Assembly (NCBI RefSeq): GCF_963853765.1
Contig: NC_088859.1
Location: 38,254,001 to 38,318,000 of the forward strand
From: Magallana gigas
Lineage: Eukaryota
Reading direction: 5' to 3'
Length of the DNA stretch: 64,000 bases
In this document: positions 1 to 13,248 of the stretch, piece by piece
How positions within the stretch are numbered: position 1 is the first letter of the stretch
Layout of the letters: every line of letters starts with the position of its first letter
Program-made: the position numbers and the translations under genes
Notes under the pieces: generated by a model
Seen by the model: the letters and a program-made list of their open reading frames with translations, nothing else
What the model was told of the DNA's origin: nothing
The model's database searches: none

Positions 1-214
1 CATTGTTGCAATGAGAAATATTTCTGAATATAAAATTCACCGTGCCAAAAAAGTTTATCTGTATTATGTCAGACCAATATCTATATTTTAGGGAATTTTA
101 TGATCATTTTAATTGCACTTTTCAATCTATTTCTCAAACATAATCATAATTCAATAATTAAACATATAAGTGGCAAGCCAATATAGGACAAAATGCAGCA
201 GAAAATTTACATAC

Positions 215-3200
215 ATGAATGGATATATCCACCACTTTTCCAATTCCGACATTGTAGCCTTTCAAGAAATTGACAGGGAGTCTGATGTTGACTAAGTAGT
301 AGTGGTTAGTGATGCTTCCCAGCTCAAACAGCTGCAGGAGTTCACAGTCATACAAGTAACCTTCCCCTTTGCCCTTTTCCTTTAACAAATAAATTGTAGC
401 TAGAGCATGCGTCAGAGAATGTAAGGATTCTAAATTGCAAGTCAACATCAAATGGACACATGGTTCACATGCAAACTAAAAATATGTTAATGACTGTCTC
501 AGACTTGCATCAAATCAACGAATTTTCCTCTTTGTCATTAGGAAATAGTTATACTGAGTTAGTTACCAGTGTACATTGAAGGTTACGGTCTTCTACCGAG
601 CTGGCAATTTGTTTCCAATCATCTTCATCGTCACCTTCATCTCTGGCCCCTAAACGAACATCGAGCTGAAGAACAGGATTCTTAGCTGTGGAAAAAAAAG
701 AATTAAGAAAGCTTAGTTACATGTCCTTTACAATTCTTAATTTACAATTTTTGAAATATATCACACCAGAAGAACTACTTTATACATGTATTTTGTGTCA
801 AAAACGAAAAATATAGAAATATTATATAATGCCCCAGAAAACTTACACAATGGTACTTTATCACTGTGTTCTATATCAACTTGCAGGACAGCTAACATGT
901 TTTGAAACAGAGGGGTCATTTTCCTTTCTTCACCACCTCTTGGACCAGGTAGCCAAAAGGAAAAGACCACCTGCTTCTCTGTGATGCTTTTGTTCACTAT
1001 CATCTCATCGGTAGGATCAAGATTTTGTAGTTCCTCACACTTGTGAATTCCCCTTGAAACAAACCATTTACTCCTGTTGAGCTTCTTTCCATTGTCATAA
1101 CATTTGGTACCCAACACTGTGACAACATTTGATGGCTTGGGTGCTGAAAAAATAGTTATCAATACATGTTAATATATTGGTTAAAATGTATTAGCCACAA
1201 ATTTCAATTTTTTTTGACAGTCGATAAATAATCCTTAAAAACATAAACATGACAAAACAACCAATATTTGACAGGACAATGCTGAGAAAATTCATAATAA
1301 TCAAAATATAAATCAAAATACAGTTTGGCTTAGGTTCAGCACTATCTCTAGTCTTGATTTTAATAGCTAGAAAACAGCTCAATTCAGCTATATATAAAGT
1401 ATTTGTATGCTATGTTCTTGTTCTTATTATGCAAGAAATAGACAAAAAGCCCCAGTTCATTTTTTTTCTCATATCTGTGCTGTGCTATGGACTATTCAAA
1501 TAACACCTGCAATTAAAGTAAGAGATATGCCACCATAGGCTATTGAACATCTTTAAAGATCTGTTTCATGACCATACTGTTACCGAAAAAGGAAGCGGGC
1601 CTAATCAAAACAAGCGTTATTTACCTGGATCCTGGAATAAATAGGGATCATCGAGGTGCTAATTAAAACATTATACACATGAATTACATTGATTCATTGT
1701 AATCAATATTTGAAACTTGATAATCTTGCATATATATCCATCCATATAAAATTTGATAAAAAAGAAATATTCAGTTCAGTGTACATTTTTCTTCATTTGA
1801 TTATTTGCTCTATCCACTTCATTCCCGCCCCTATCTGTAGTACTTTTTAAAAACATAAATGGTAATTTGTTTATAAATAATTTTATATTTTGTCTGAATA
1901 TTTTTATAACTATATAGCTGATAGAATATCAAATTATGTAAAAATTTTGTTTTAAAAGAAGTATCTGTGTGGTCATTAATCAATTGCTTTACATATAGTC
2001 TCAAAAGTTTTAGAACTTACAGTACAAAGTCAATGAAGAGGGAATGATTTGGTGAGTGAAATTTACAAAGGTCTTTTGTTTAAAGATACTTTTCAGGAGG
2101 CACAGTGGTGAACAACATAACCATCAGATCTACCTAAAATTTTAAAATATGATTTGTTTACCTGTAAACTATTAATAACTTAAGAAAAATCCATAAATTT
2201 TAACTTTTAAATTTGGGTATTTTCCTTTATCTTTATATAGGCTCTTAATAATCTTCTACAGGAGATCAATACAGTCTAAATATGGTCATGACCATCGACC
2301 TCTCATTAGATCTATAGGTCTATTAAGCTGTAGGTCGGTAGCTCCCAGTCTGGAAAAAATTTGAATAGACGACCTGGGAGTACTGTTCCTTATGTGTAAA
2401 AAAGTTTCTATTTATGGCACAAAAAAACTTGCATTAGTTTTGGACGGTTTAGCATGTTTATTCTTATCCTAACAAACTCTGTACAAATGTTGTTTTAAAC
2501 CATAAAAATCCTCAAGCATTTTAATACACATATCGTCACTTTACTTGCCTTTGATATTCTTTCTTAATCCCCATCACCAGCCCCGTAAAGTGATGATGAT
2601 CGAAGCAGCGTCTAATTTGTTAAACATTTACAAATAAAATTGGCAACTCTCAACCTGCACGTGATTCTAACATACTTCATTTTCCAAGGTGCGCATGTTA
2701 AGAGAAAGTCTGAGGCAAGTTAAGCAAAGACAACAGTGGTAAACTGTCTGAAGAATTTAATGGTACTAGTTATTTCCAGAGAATTTGCATGTAAATACAA
2801 TTTCAAGTTAATTTGCCAAAACTAGCACAAATTATGTGCGCAGTAAATTGCAACTTTTTAACACATAAGAAACTGTTACTCACAGGTCATCCACCCCATT
2901 TTTGTAGACCATGAGCTGTACTGGCCAGGCATGTGATCAGTTCTCACCAAACACCATTTCTCGTCATTGCATTGTTACATCATTTTTGTATATAATTGTA
3001 TGTGTTAATAAAATGAGAATACAATGCACTGGCGAGAAATGATACTCGGCGAAAACTGATCATACGATAGTAGTCAGTATACAGACCTGCAGCTTTTAAA
3101 AGACTTGCCAAAATTAGATTAAAAAACAGATGATCAATGAACATTTAGTTACTGGTTGGTCAATTAAGTAGATTACCTAAAAATTGTTAGAACAATTTAG

Positions 3201-3400
3201 TAGTGACATTTTCTGTAACAAAACAGTGTTGTTAAATCATGTGCAATTATGTATGGTATTACGAGAAAATTCGAACGATATAAATAATGCTTACCTACGA
3301 GGCCTCCAACCAAAAAGAATGTGATCAATAAGACCAAAAGGAATACACCGAGTATTATAAGCTTCTTCCAGCTTAGATTTTCGAGAACGACACCTGCCAT
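215..3400 (-). CDS. WLS: Wntless (Wnt secretion chaperone), first four coding exons; gene continues beyond the window start
   Basis: Exons 3295-3400, 847-1143, 567-685, 215-379 join in frame with GT-AG sites (phases 1,1,0). Peptide MAGVVLENLSWKKLIILGVFLLVLLITFFLVGGLVAPKPSN...FELGSITNHYYLVNIRLP matches the Wntless N-terminus and lumenal domain. The 567 donor could alternatively lie ~12 nt further on. Confidence 0.95.
2916..3085. mobile_element. Degenerate palindromic MITE-like element in wls intron 1
   Basis: Imperfect inverted arms: gatcagttctcaccaaacaccatttctcgtcattgcattgt vs acaatgcactggcgagaaatgatactcggcgaaaactgatc. Ends approximate. Confidence 0.45.
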
Positions 3401-4459
3401 GTTATAAAGTTGGCTATTGTTGATCAGTTAGTCATCTCATGAGTGGTCTGCACTCAATTTCACTTGGTTTAAAGCTCTTTCAGGACAAAGATGATGGAAC
3501 ATTCCAATACATGTGGGGTTTAGTTTAAAAGTCTATTAAATATCTCTTGTACTATTAAGCTTTCATACCCTCACGTTTATTTTTAAAATTTTACAATGTA
3601 TTTGAGAAGTTATTGGTTAAGGTTTATAGTTTAAAAACACAAACACATTAAATTTTCCTATGTGTATCAGTTTTTGCACCCCTACGTGGACAGTTCCAAA
3701 AGATCAAATGGCGGTTTTTATTGAAGTAATTTTCCTCGCCGAACGAAATTAGCCTACAGACAACAGAGTTCTGCTAGATGGAAAATAATCTCTTTATGCT
3801 GTTCAACTCCGACCAAATTGTAATAACTTTGTTTGCTATAGATTTCTTGTGAGAAATAGACTGCTTATACATTGATTTTGCAATTTGTTGCAAACATTGC
3901 CTTTGCGGGATTTTTTTGGAGCAATTGAATAGTCTAAATAGGCCTAACGTTATATTTCGTCGGACAGGAGTGTGAAAATCAATTTCGCAAATTTTTCGTA
4001 GAAATGTGATAATTTAATCGATATGAGCATTTTGTTGTGCAGTTATATCTACGTAGCGACAGCGGGCCTGCGGTGGCTGCCCCCCTCCCACACTTTTTGT
4101 GTCATATTTCTATTATAAGTTTGGTTTTTTTGGGGTGTTTTTTTTTTTGCTAACTAGCCCATTCACTTTTTAGGGACAATGTAAAGTTAGTATGCAACAG
4201 AGTAAAGTAGTATTTGAGGTAGTCCACACCCCCCCCCCCCCCAATTATATTAATGGTTAACAAGTGTTATAGTATAAACTTTTGTTGTTGCTAGTTTGCA
4301 AATCTTGTCATGGTTTGTTTGGGTTTTGTTCAACAACAAACCAAAAATCTACCCACTTTCAAAAGACATGTATTTATCATTAAAAATTTCATTCAGATTG
4401 TGCTGTATTACATATGAAAAGTTAACATAAAACTTTTCTTATAATATACAGAATGAAAA

Positions 4460-5320
4460 ATGACAGAACCAGCTATAAATGAGGAGACAGAATTTTTTGC
4501 TAATGAAATTGAATCTGAGAAAGCTTTGACTGCTGAAGGAGATTTTTCTGAGTAAGGATAAGTTTATGTTTCTTTAAGTTTTCTTTTGTTTATGGAGCAT
4601 TCAATACCTTTGTAGATTGTATATAACAAAGCATTTTTAATTGTTTGAATGTTTAAACAAAATTAAGTATGTGTAGCAATCCAAGGATGAATCTATCGAA
4701 AGTTATACAACTTGTAAACAAATTTGTTGCAGAAAGCCATTAGAAGATGCCAAGGAAATCTGTAATTATCAAAGTGGCGAATTCAGCAGTGAGCATGTGT
4801 TTAAAATTCCAGAGAACAAGGGTCTTACAAGGCTAGAAATACAGGATGCAGCCAATAACATCATTGAAGCAACAAATAAGAAACGAAAGAGAGACTCTGA
4901 TATGTTGAGAGACTTCAAAAAGACAGCAGAATACCAGGTGGAATCTCATTTATAATGTACATCACTGTATTACAGCTATTTTGAATCAAAGAAATAATAT
5001 TTTGTTTCAAGTTTTTATTAAATGTTTAAACATGATTACATAAATATACACATAGAAAAACAAATACCAATATTAAACTCTAATCACATTCTGGGTACTT
5101 AAAACTATTTTAGAAATAATAGTGATTTTTTTCTTAGCTCAGCGCAACCCTTCTTGAAATGCAGCACCATATTCACAAGGTTTATGAAAGACAGGGGAAA
5201 TTAATGGAGGATAAGATGCAGGAATTGATGGCACGTCTGGAGAAGATTGGAAAGCTGGAGCAAGAACTGGGGGAGTTCAGGAAAGCCCTGCAGCTCCTGT
5301 ATCATGATATGAACAGTTAA
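4460..5320 (+). CDS. SYCE2: Synaptonemal complex central element protein 2-like (159 aa, 3 coding exons)
   Basis: Exons 4460-4551, 4733-4937, 5138-5320 join in frame (phases 2,0). The core IQDAANNIIEATNKKRKRDSDMLRDFKKTAEYQLSATLLEMQHHIHKVYERQGKLMEDKMQELMARLEKIGKLEQELGEFRKALQLLYHDM aligns without gaps to my recollection of the mammalian SYCE2 coiled-coil core (AQELIENINKSRQKD...IYQIY...QEKLQEF...ISHLETEL...VYKDL). Confidence 0.82.
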
Positions 5321-5564
5321 CTTATTCAATCAAGCAGGGTTGTTATTCCTTAACTTAATTATTTGTTTTATATATTGATTTAAAAAAAATTGTTGTTTCA
5401 GAGAATTTGTTTTATTTTCTTTGACATTCTGAGGCTGTAAAAAAGTGAGCTTTGTAAACTTCATTTGAAAATGATGTGGATACCGTCTTTTTTTTAAATC
5501 TAGCTGGTGAATTTTAGTCTCTGTAAAATTGGGAACTGGTATACTGTTCCAAAAAATTATTTCA

Positions 5565-6365
5565 TTTTTATGCCCTCCTTCGAAGAAGGGAGGGCATATT
5601 GCTTTGCTGCTGTCTGTCCGTCGGTCTGTTGGTCGGTCGGTCCACCAACAGTTTCCATTCATTTTCTTCGCAGACAATAAACATATTGGAATGAAATTTG
5701 GTATACAGGTTTATCATGATAATATCTAAGTCAAGTTCGATATTGGGTACGATCGAGCAATTTTCGACAGAGTTATGTCCCTTGGACGTAGAAAAATTCC
5801 AGTTATTTGCAGTTTCCACTCATTTTCTTCGCAGAGGATGAACATATTGGAAGGAGATTCGGTATACAGGTTTATCATGATAATATCTAGGTCAAGTTCT
5901 ATATTGGGTGCAATCGAGCAATTTTCGACAGAGTTATGACCCTTGGATGTAAAAAAATTCCAGTTATTTGCAGTTTCCACCCATTTTCTTCAGAGGATGA
6001 ACATATTGGAAGGAGATTTGGTATACCGGTTTATCATGATAATATCTAGGTCAAGTTCTATATTGGGTGCAATCGAGCAATTTTGGACAGAGTTATGTCC
6101 CTTGGACGTAGAAAAATTCCAGTTATTTGGAGTTTCCGTTCATTTTCTTCGAAGAGGATGAACATATTGAAATGAAATTTGGTATACAGGTTTATAATGA
6201 TAATATCTAGGTCAAGTTTTGATATCTTGTATGATAGAGCAATTTTTGACAGAGTTATACCCCTTGGACTTAAAAGAATTCCAGTTATTTGCAGTTTACG
6301 TTTATTTTCTTTGTGGAAGTTTCCAAGGGAGGGGGGCATAAGTGTTTTACAAACATCTCTTGTTT
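5565..6365 (+). mobile_element. Non-autonomous Helentron-like (HINE) element carrying four ~160-bp satellite-like repeats
   Basis: 5' hairpin atgccctcc..ggagggcat after a T-run; (GTCY)n microsatellite at ~5610-5642; repeat units starting at 5652, 5813, 5974, 6133; 3' inverted subterminal motif ggggggcata, short stem tgttt-tac-aaaca, then a T-run. Confidence 0.8.
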
Positions 6366-6430
6366 TTATTTATCATAGTATGACAATGGAAATACATGTA
6401 CATAGATACAAATGAAATTTCAATTAATAT

Positions 6431-7460
6431 TTATGCCGGGTGAGGCTATTCAAAGAAGGGAGGGCATATTGCTTGCAGCTGTCCGTTTGTCTGTCGCTCC
6501 ACCAACAGTTTCTGTTTAGTTTCTTTGCAGAGGTTACACATACTGAAATGAAATTTGCTATATAGATTCATCGTGAGAATATTTAGGTCAAGTTGATTTT
6601 GGGTAAATCAAGCAATTTTTAACCGGGTTTTCCAACGGAAAAATCCCGTTATCAAAATGGTGAAAATGCCGGGCGGGTCGCTGCTAAAAGGGTACCCTCA
6701 TTGTACGGATAACTCATCCTACAGTTTTCAATATAGGAAATTGTTCTTTTGCAGATCAATTGTACATATATCAGAGGTATGCATATTGCTAGGATTTTGA
6801 TTTCTGATAATTTATAAAAATAATACCAGCTTTTGAACTTTGTCATTTTTTGGCAAAATATTGCAAATAGGGTACCCTTATTGTACGGATAACACCTCCT
6901 ACAGTTTTCAAGATAGGAAGTTGTTATTTGCAGATAAATTGTACAATGATTTCTGATAATTTATGAAAAAAAATACCAGCTTTTGAATTTGGTTATTTTT
7001 TGGCAAAATATTGCATGTACGGTACCTTTAAAAAAGGGCTTATTGTACAGATAACTCCTCCTACAGTTTTTAATTAGGAAGTTGTTCTTTTGAAGATCAA
7101 TTGTACATATATCAGAGGTGTGCACATTGCTAGGATTTTGATTTCTAATTTACGAAAATAATATCAGTTTTGAACTTGGTCATTTTTGGCAAAATAATTG
7201 CATATAATTGCATATGGGTACTCCATTTCTCTGGATACGGTAGGTAGTGTTTATCAATTCAGGGTTGACATGGATTATGGATACAGTTCACATTAAAGAA
7301 AACCCGGTTTGCTGTCACATTGACAGCTTTTTACGTGTTGATAGTTATGCTCCTTGGACTTAAAAAAAACAATTCCAATTTTTGGAGGGAAGTTTCCATC
7401 CATTTTCTTTGCAGAGGTTTCAAATGGAGGGGGCCATAAGTTTGTGAAACATTTCTCGTT
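6431..7460 (+). mobile_element. Second, more degenerate copy of the same HINE family, interrupted by a nested element
   Basis: Shares aagaagggagggcatattgct...ctgtccgtttgtctgtcg...ccaccaacagtttc with 5580-5660 and the 3' ggagggggccataag...gaaacatttctcgtt end. Its single repeat unit is split at a T-run at 6620. Confidence 0.7.
6621..7332 (+). mobile_element. Nested HINE of a different family with ~3 repeats of ~150-195 bp
   Basis: 5' aaccgggttttc; 3' inverted copy gaaaacccggtt (7298-7309), then hairpin gctgtca-cat-tgacagc (7311-7327) and ttttt. Internal units start with ggtacc at ~6690, 6870, 7020, 7216. Confidence 0.8.
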
Positions 7461-8723
7461 CAAGCTTTCCTTTAGATAGTTTTTAAGTGAACTCTTTATA
7501 TTTTGGAGTAAAATAGCTATTGGTAATTAAATAAATTTTTGTTAAAATGGATAAGAAAATTCTTTATTGACCAAAGGAGCCATGTGGCTCATAGGCATAT
7601 AATACACACAATTAGCAGGAGAAAAGATAAGGTGTTTTTAGAATAAAAACAATTAGCTAATGATGAAAGATTACTGAAAACAAATTTTAAATGCTCTCGG
7701 ATCCTATAAAATTTTAAAGAATTTGTTCACTATTAGCTTATCAATAATGCTCGTAAACAGTCATTTCAAAACAATGTAGGTTAAATACCACAGCACCCCA
7801 TCCAACACTTGAGATGTGATGAACAACATAACATCTTACATTTCCCTTGCTTCTTTAATTCTTAATTCATTTTTACGTGCTATAATAAAATACTAATTTG
7901 AGCAATGTTTGAATCAACAGGATAAAAATCAATGTATGGACGTATCAATATCTATACCAGCAATTGTACTCCACAGACCCGTCACTTGTACCATGCATTC
8001 TAAAATTCTTATTTGGGCAATGCAATGTATACTGATAATCTGTATAAATTTATCAAATTTTGTGTAAATGAATGATAATGGAGGAAGTTGAGTGTCAAAC
8101 AATTTATTTCAAAATCTTTCAGAAAATAAGAAAAAAAGATGCATTAAATATAAATAATGCAAAGAATTAACAAATCCTGAGAAAAGTAATATAACATTTT
8201 TACAAAATGTGTGCACCATTCTACAATTAAATTATTCTGAACCATGCAAAGCTTAAAAAGGCACATTTAAGATGGGATAGGTTTAAATCAAGCAACCAGT
8301 AACACAGGCCCGCAGTGTAATTACATGTAACATTCAAGAATTAGACTACTAAAGTACATGTAGCAAATAAACTTAAATAGGAAATTATTTAATTTTCATT
8401 ACTTAAACAGATAAGGTACATGATCTTGTTGAAAATTGATCATGCAGACTTCTAAGCTAATCATAGTACAACTATTAAATTGAATATACCGTACATATAT
8501 AATATCGTAGTTTCTAAATTTATCATGTCGCACAAAATGTGTAATAGTATGTGAAATGGATGAAAAATTTTGTTCATCACATAAATCTTGTGCATGCATG
8601 ATTCTGAACACTACTGTATGGGTAGACAACTGGGACTCGAGATATGTATAATAGTCTCCGACTACTTTTGGCAATAATAAAACGGTCACAAACAGCACCT
8701 ACATGTACCGGTATAGATACAAA

Positions 8724-9285
8724 TGGGAACACTAGGAGTGCACTGGGAACACTAGGAGTGCACTGGGAACACAAGGAGTAAACTGGGACCACTAGCAGTA
8801 CACTAGGAACACTAGGAGTACACTGGGACCTCTAGGAGTACACTGGGAACATTAGGAGTACATTGGGAACACTAGGAGTAGACTGGGAACACTAGGAGTA
8901 CACTGGGAACACTAGCAGTACACTGGGAACACTAGGAGTAAACTGGGAACACTAGGAGTAAACTGGGAACACAAGGAGTAAACTGGGACCTCTAGGAGTA
9001 CACTGGGAACATTAGGAGTACATTGGGAACACTAGCAGTACACTGGGAACATTAGGAGTACATTGGGAACACTAGCAGTACACTGGGAACACAAGGAGTA
9101 AACTGGGACCTCTAGGAGTACACTGGGAACACTAGCAGTACACTGGGAACACTAGCAGTACACTGGGAACACTAGGAGTACACTGGGAACACTAGGAGAA
9201 CACTAGAAGTACACTGGGAGAACACTGGGAACACTAGGAGTAGACTGGGAACACTAGCAGTGGACTGGGAACACTAGTAGAAGAC
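8724..9285. repeat. 20-bp minisatellite (cactgggaacactaggagta), ~28 copies
   Basis: Directly visible head-to-tail array with a few recurring variants and no spacers. Confidence 0.95.
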
Positions 9286-10470
9286 TAGATTGGTGAATGG
9301 ATCTTTAGACATGTGGCAGCAAGCATGGTAAGCTCCTTATTGTAAGAAAACTATATAATTGAGTAACTATGTAACAAAAAAGTACAACTGGTAATTGAAA
9401 ATATTTAAAGGAAATTGTTTCTAAAAATATATATGTACCTCCCTTTCATCAGTATCGAAAAGGATGACATTCTGAGCAAACAACCAAATTGTTCTTAGGG
9501 ACAGAACAAAAGAGGAGCTTGACCTTTGAATCCATGACTAAAGATGGACAAGACTTCTTTTTTTAATGCCAACAGAATAAGGTACCTAAGTACCATTACC
9601 AAGTTTGATGCCTGTTCAGCAAAGGGTTCATGATATATTGACCAGAAAACTAGTGTACAGGACAATGTCCAGAACAGTTTCACCCTTGAACAATGACAGT
9701 GAGATTTTTATGATTTAAATTTACCATTGATTGTTTTACTCAGATAATTACCGGTAACTTTTGTAATAACAAGTCTACAAGTTTCATTGTGCTACGTCAC
9801 ATACTCCATGTAAAATATCAACAATACAAAATCAACAATATTTTGGTCCATGGAACTATGAAAGATAAATTCATATATATATACACTAACACACATACAC
9901 ACAAATAGGATTCAACATGTTCCCTCTCTAAGTCAATAACAGCACTGTGTATGTGATTGTGCAGTTCATCCAAAATGAGGGATACCACCTCAGTACTGAA
10001 GTATGGTACTTGTATAGCTATACAGATCAGCAGTCAAATCTATGTCATGGAGGCTCAAAGTCTTTTCAACTTTTATCATGCTTTTGTGTAACAATGAAAT
10101 TTAAAAAGTGAATCATGTTAAGAAACTGCTTCCCCTTTTTTCGAAAATGTTTACAAAATGTACTGTTAGAGACTTACAATAAATGTGCAAATTTTTTAAA
10201 ACAGCACAACAAATATGTAATTCCATACAATGAGAGACTAGAATGCAGAAATGCTGCATTGGTGTGAAGTATGTGCTTTTAAATTATATATTATAAATTA
10301 ATTATTATAACAGAACAGTAAATTCTAACTGACATGAATAATAATTAATCTTTGTTACTTTAGGGAAATTCATACAAAACTAAAGTCATGTCATTACTGA
10401 ATTGCGCATGCTGAAACTTGCAACAATGTCTACTGTTATAGTCTGGTTCTTGCGTTGAATCAATAAGGCA

Positions 10471-13150
10471 CTAAATAGCATTTGCTGCACTTGACTGGTC
10501 CTCATCTTGGTCTAGTGTATGGCAGATGGACTGGTAGCAATTGTACTGCTCAGTAGGGTGGAGAAAAATCTTGATGTCTGATGCCTTGGGGTGGCAGGTC
10601 TTGTAGTAAATAAGTTGAATAACAATATGTAACACACAACCTCCTGCTACTGCTCCAATGGCAGTGAAATAAAGCCAGTCTTCCTTCTCACTCCCAAAAT
10701 GCAACCACATTCCAAGCATGAAAATGTTTTCAGCATAAAAAAGAATGTAGTAAACAATTGCTCTGTACCTTGTATGACCATCTCTAGCATTCAGGAAACA
10801 AAAGATCATGGCATATCCCAGGATAATGTTAAAGATAACCTCATCTCTCCTCTTCTCACCATAAAAACTAGTCTTCTGACAAAGCAGCCACAGAGTCATA
10901 ATAATCCAATGAATAGCGGCAGCTACAAGTACGAAATAGGTAAATTTTGAAGCAAACAAGGCCAAAATAAGCACCCTTGGTCCAATCTCGCACATCCTCC
11001 AAGAGAAATACCCGATGGTAAGCATTAGTGTGGCCAGAAGGCTTTGTTTCTTTGGCTTGTGGTTTTCGTTCTGGTCTTCTTTACTGACGTACTTTTCGTG
11101 GAGTTCCGAGTGTTGCATGGCTCTAAGTGCTTTGTGGTAGGAAGTCAGACTGAAGGAAAGGCCTATCCAAGATCCAACCAGTGCAACCACTCGAATGATT
11201 TCTGATAAAAGACAAAATTTGCTACCAATTACTTAATTTATCAGACATTTTGTGTCAGATTTTCATTACTTTTTTTTGTGACTTCTGATACTGTAATTCA
11301 TTGTACATATAAACTGGTCTGTTTATAATGTTTTGAAGCAAAGAAAATAGAACAATCGTACACATACATCATATTAGCATGTATAGTACTTTTCCGACCA
11401 TCATTTATTATAAGGTTGGCGACAAATTACATATCAGATTACATATCGGATATGTTACAATAATAAGTCACAAGTGTCAAATAAATTTCCAAAAACGACC
11501 AAAAATCAAATTATTATCTGGTAAATGAAATTCAGAAAATGAAGCTGTAATTTTCTTCAGGAACATCAGGCAAAGCATTATACAAAAAAATAAAATTTGA
11601 AAACAAGCTTAACATAAAATGCTTACTCATATGCCCATGCTCTACTAGATCATTGTTCCCATCCACACCATTCTCAATAATTTCTCTAAACAAGATGAAA
11701 AGCTGAAGGACAAGTTGTGGAGCAGCCTCCAGAAAGCATTCAAACATGCGAACCAAGCCAGCATCAGTATCTTCATACAGCATTTGTTTATAATGATGCC
11801 ATTTCTTCTTTCTTTCTTTTTCTGTTGCATCACTACCTGACTTGCTCTTGATGCCGTGGTAAATGAATTCAGAATGTCTGAAGTGTAAAGTAATTGTTTG
11901 TCTTGAGCAATGTTTGGCAATGAGATAGATTTTGCATGTAAAAAAAAAATATACTGTGTATATTAGGGCTTGACAACTTTAAAATGTCAGATCCTATTTG
12001 GGCAAGCAAAGCAATAAAGCAAACTTTTTTTTGAATTAATTTTTGTTGAGTGAACTGCCATAACAAGACCAATGTTATTCAATATTATTATATATTTTAA
12101 GTGATACTGTATGTCGTTTTAATTCCACATCACTGTGTTGAAATTTTACGATTTCTCAAAAAGTACTAATCGCAATCCAGAATGATTTCATGGTGCAGTG
12201 ATCAAAGTATGAAGCATTAAAACGTATTTGAGAAGTAATGATAGTATTCACGATGGGTCAATTTTGCGGGAAAATCCCTCACACTGTGAAATTAAGACCC
12301 TCGTGATTATGTGCCAATTTACAGTATTTATATACTCTATGGATGCACGATTGGATTTACAGGCTTATATAGTTTGTCATTTTGGTAAAGTATTGCAAGC
12401 TCGCAGATATAGTCATCAAGACAGAAGAATGAAGTGACGTCAAGTGCAAGTCTCAAGCCCCAAGTAACGTGATGATGTAGGTTAATAACATACCTCTGAA
12501 GAGACAAAGAAGTACAGGTATATAATATTTTTTAACTTTATAGTAAGTACAAAATTAAGTGAAATATACCTTACAACTGGTCCCAACATCAGCGGAAACG
12601 TGAAGAAAATTCTTAAAGCCCAGATCCTGAATGGGGTAACCTCAGTCTTTGGTTTCTTTGACAGTTTTTTCTGCTCCTGCTCATAGTCAACCAAATACCA
12701 CCGAGCACTTTGTCCATTTGATATCAGAGCTGGCAACACAATAAACCCAGTCGTGAATCCAAATGCAACCCATCTATCAAGTGCATAGTAGTGTACAGCC
12801 AACAGAACATCTGACACAACATCATAAAAGAACAGAATGATTGAAAACACGGCAAAAATAATGTCATAGTACTGAAATGGGTATTTAATGGTTTTAAAAA
12901 TCTTTGTTTTCTTTCCCTTTCCTTTGATTTGTACGGCGCAGTCTGGTTGAGATTCCCCTGAATCTCCATTTTCAGGTATGTCTATGTCGTTCTTTTTTAA
13001 GTTGTTCTCAATCAATTCGAGTTCCCTGTCAACAGTGTCCAGCCTTTCTGCCTTTTCTTTTTCTGCATAATACACACGGCGAGTGTAAGGCACTTTTCCA
13101 CTCTTAACTAAAGGCATTAGTTTATGTCTGACAGTATCACCGGAATTCAT
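10471..13150 (-). CDS. XK-related protein (XKR4/6/7-like phospholipid scramblase family), 520 aa, 3 exons
   Basis: Exons 12570-13150, 11627-11877, 10471-11201 (phases 2,1) total 1563 nt. XK family motifs include YDVVSDVLLAVHYY, FECFLEAAPQLVLQL and SWRMCEIGPRVLILALFAS, with multiple TM segments. Exact paralog not assignable by eye. Confidence 0.93.
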
Positions 13151-13248
13151 TTTGATATTTGCTCAAGGCCACAGTATCTATACAACTACGTATTTATTGA
13201 ATGATAAGAAGTTGATTCACATTTTGAGTCAGTTCGGATTAAAAATTG

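Noticed and set aside
5330-6415. Several overlapping ORFs with repeated peptides (METANNWNF...)
   Set aside because: Translations of the ~160-bp repeats inside the HINE; no transposase or other domain.
8724-9285. CRISPR-like array
   Set aside because: Units are directly adjacent with no unique spacers, there are no cas genes, and the context is eukaryotic.
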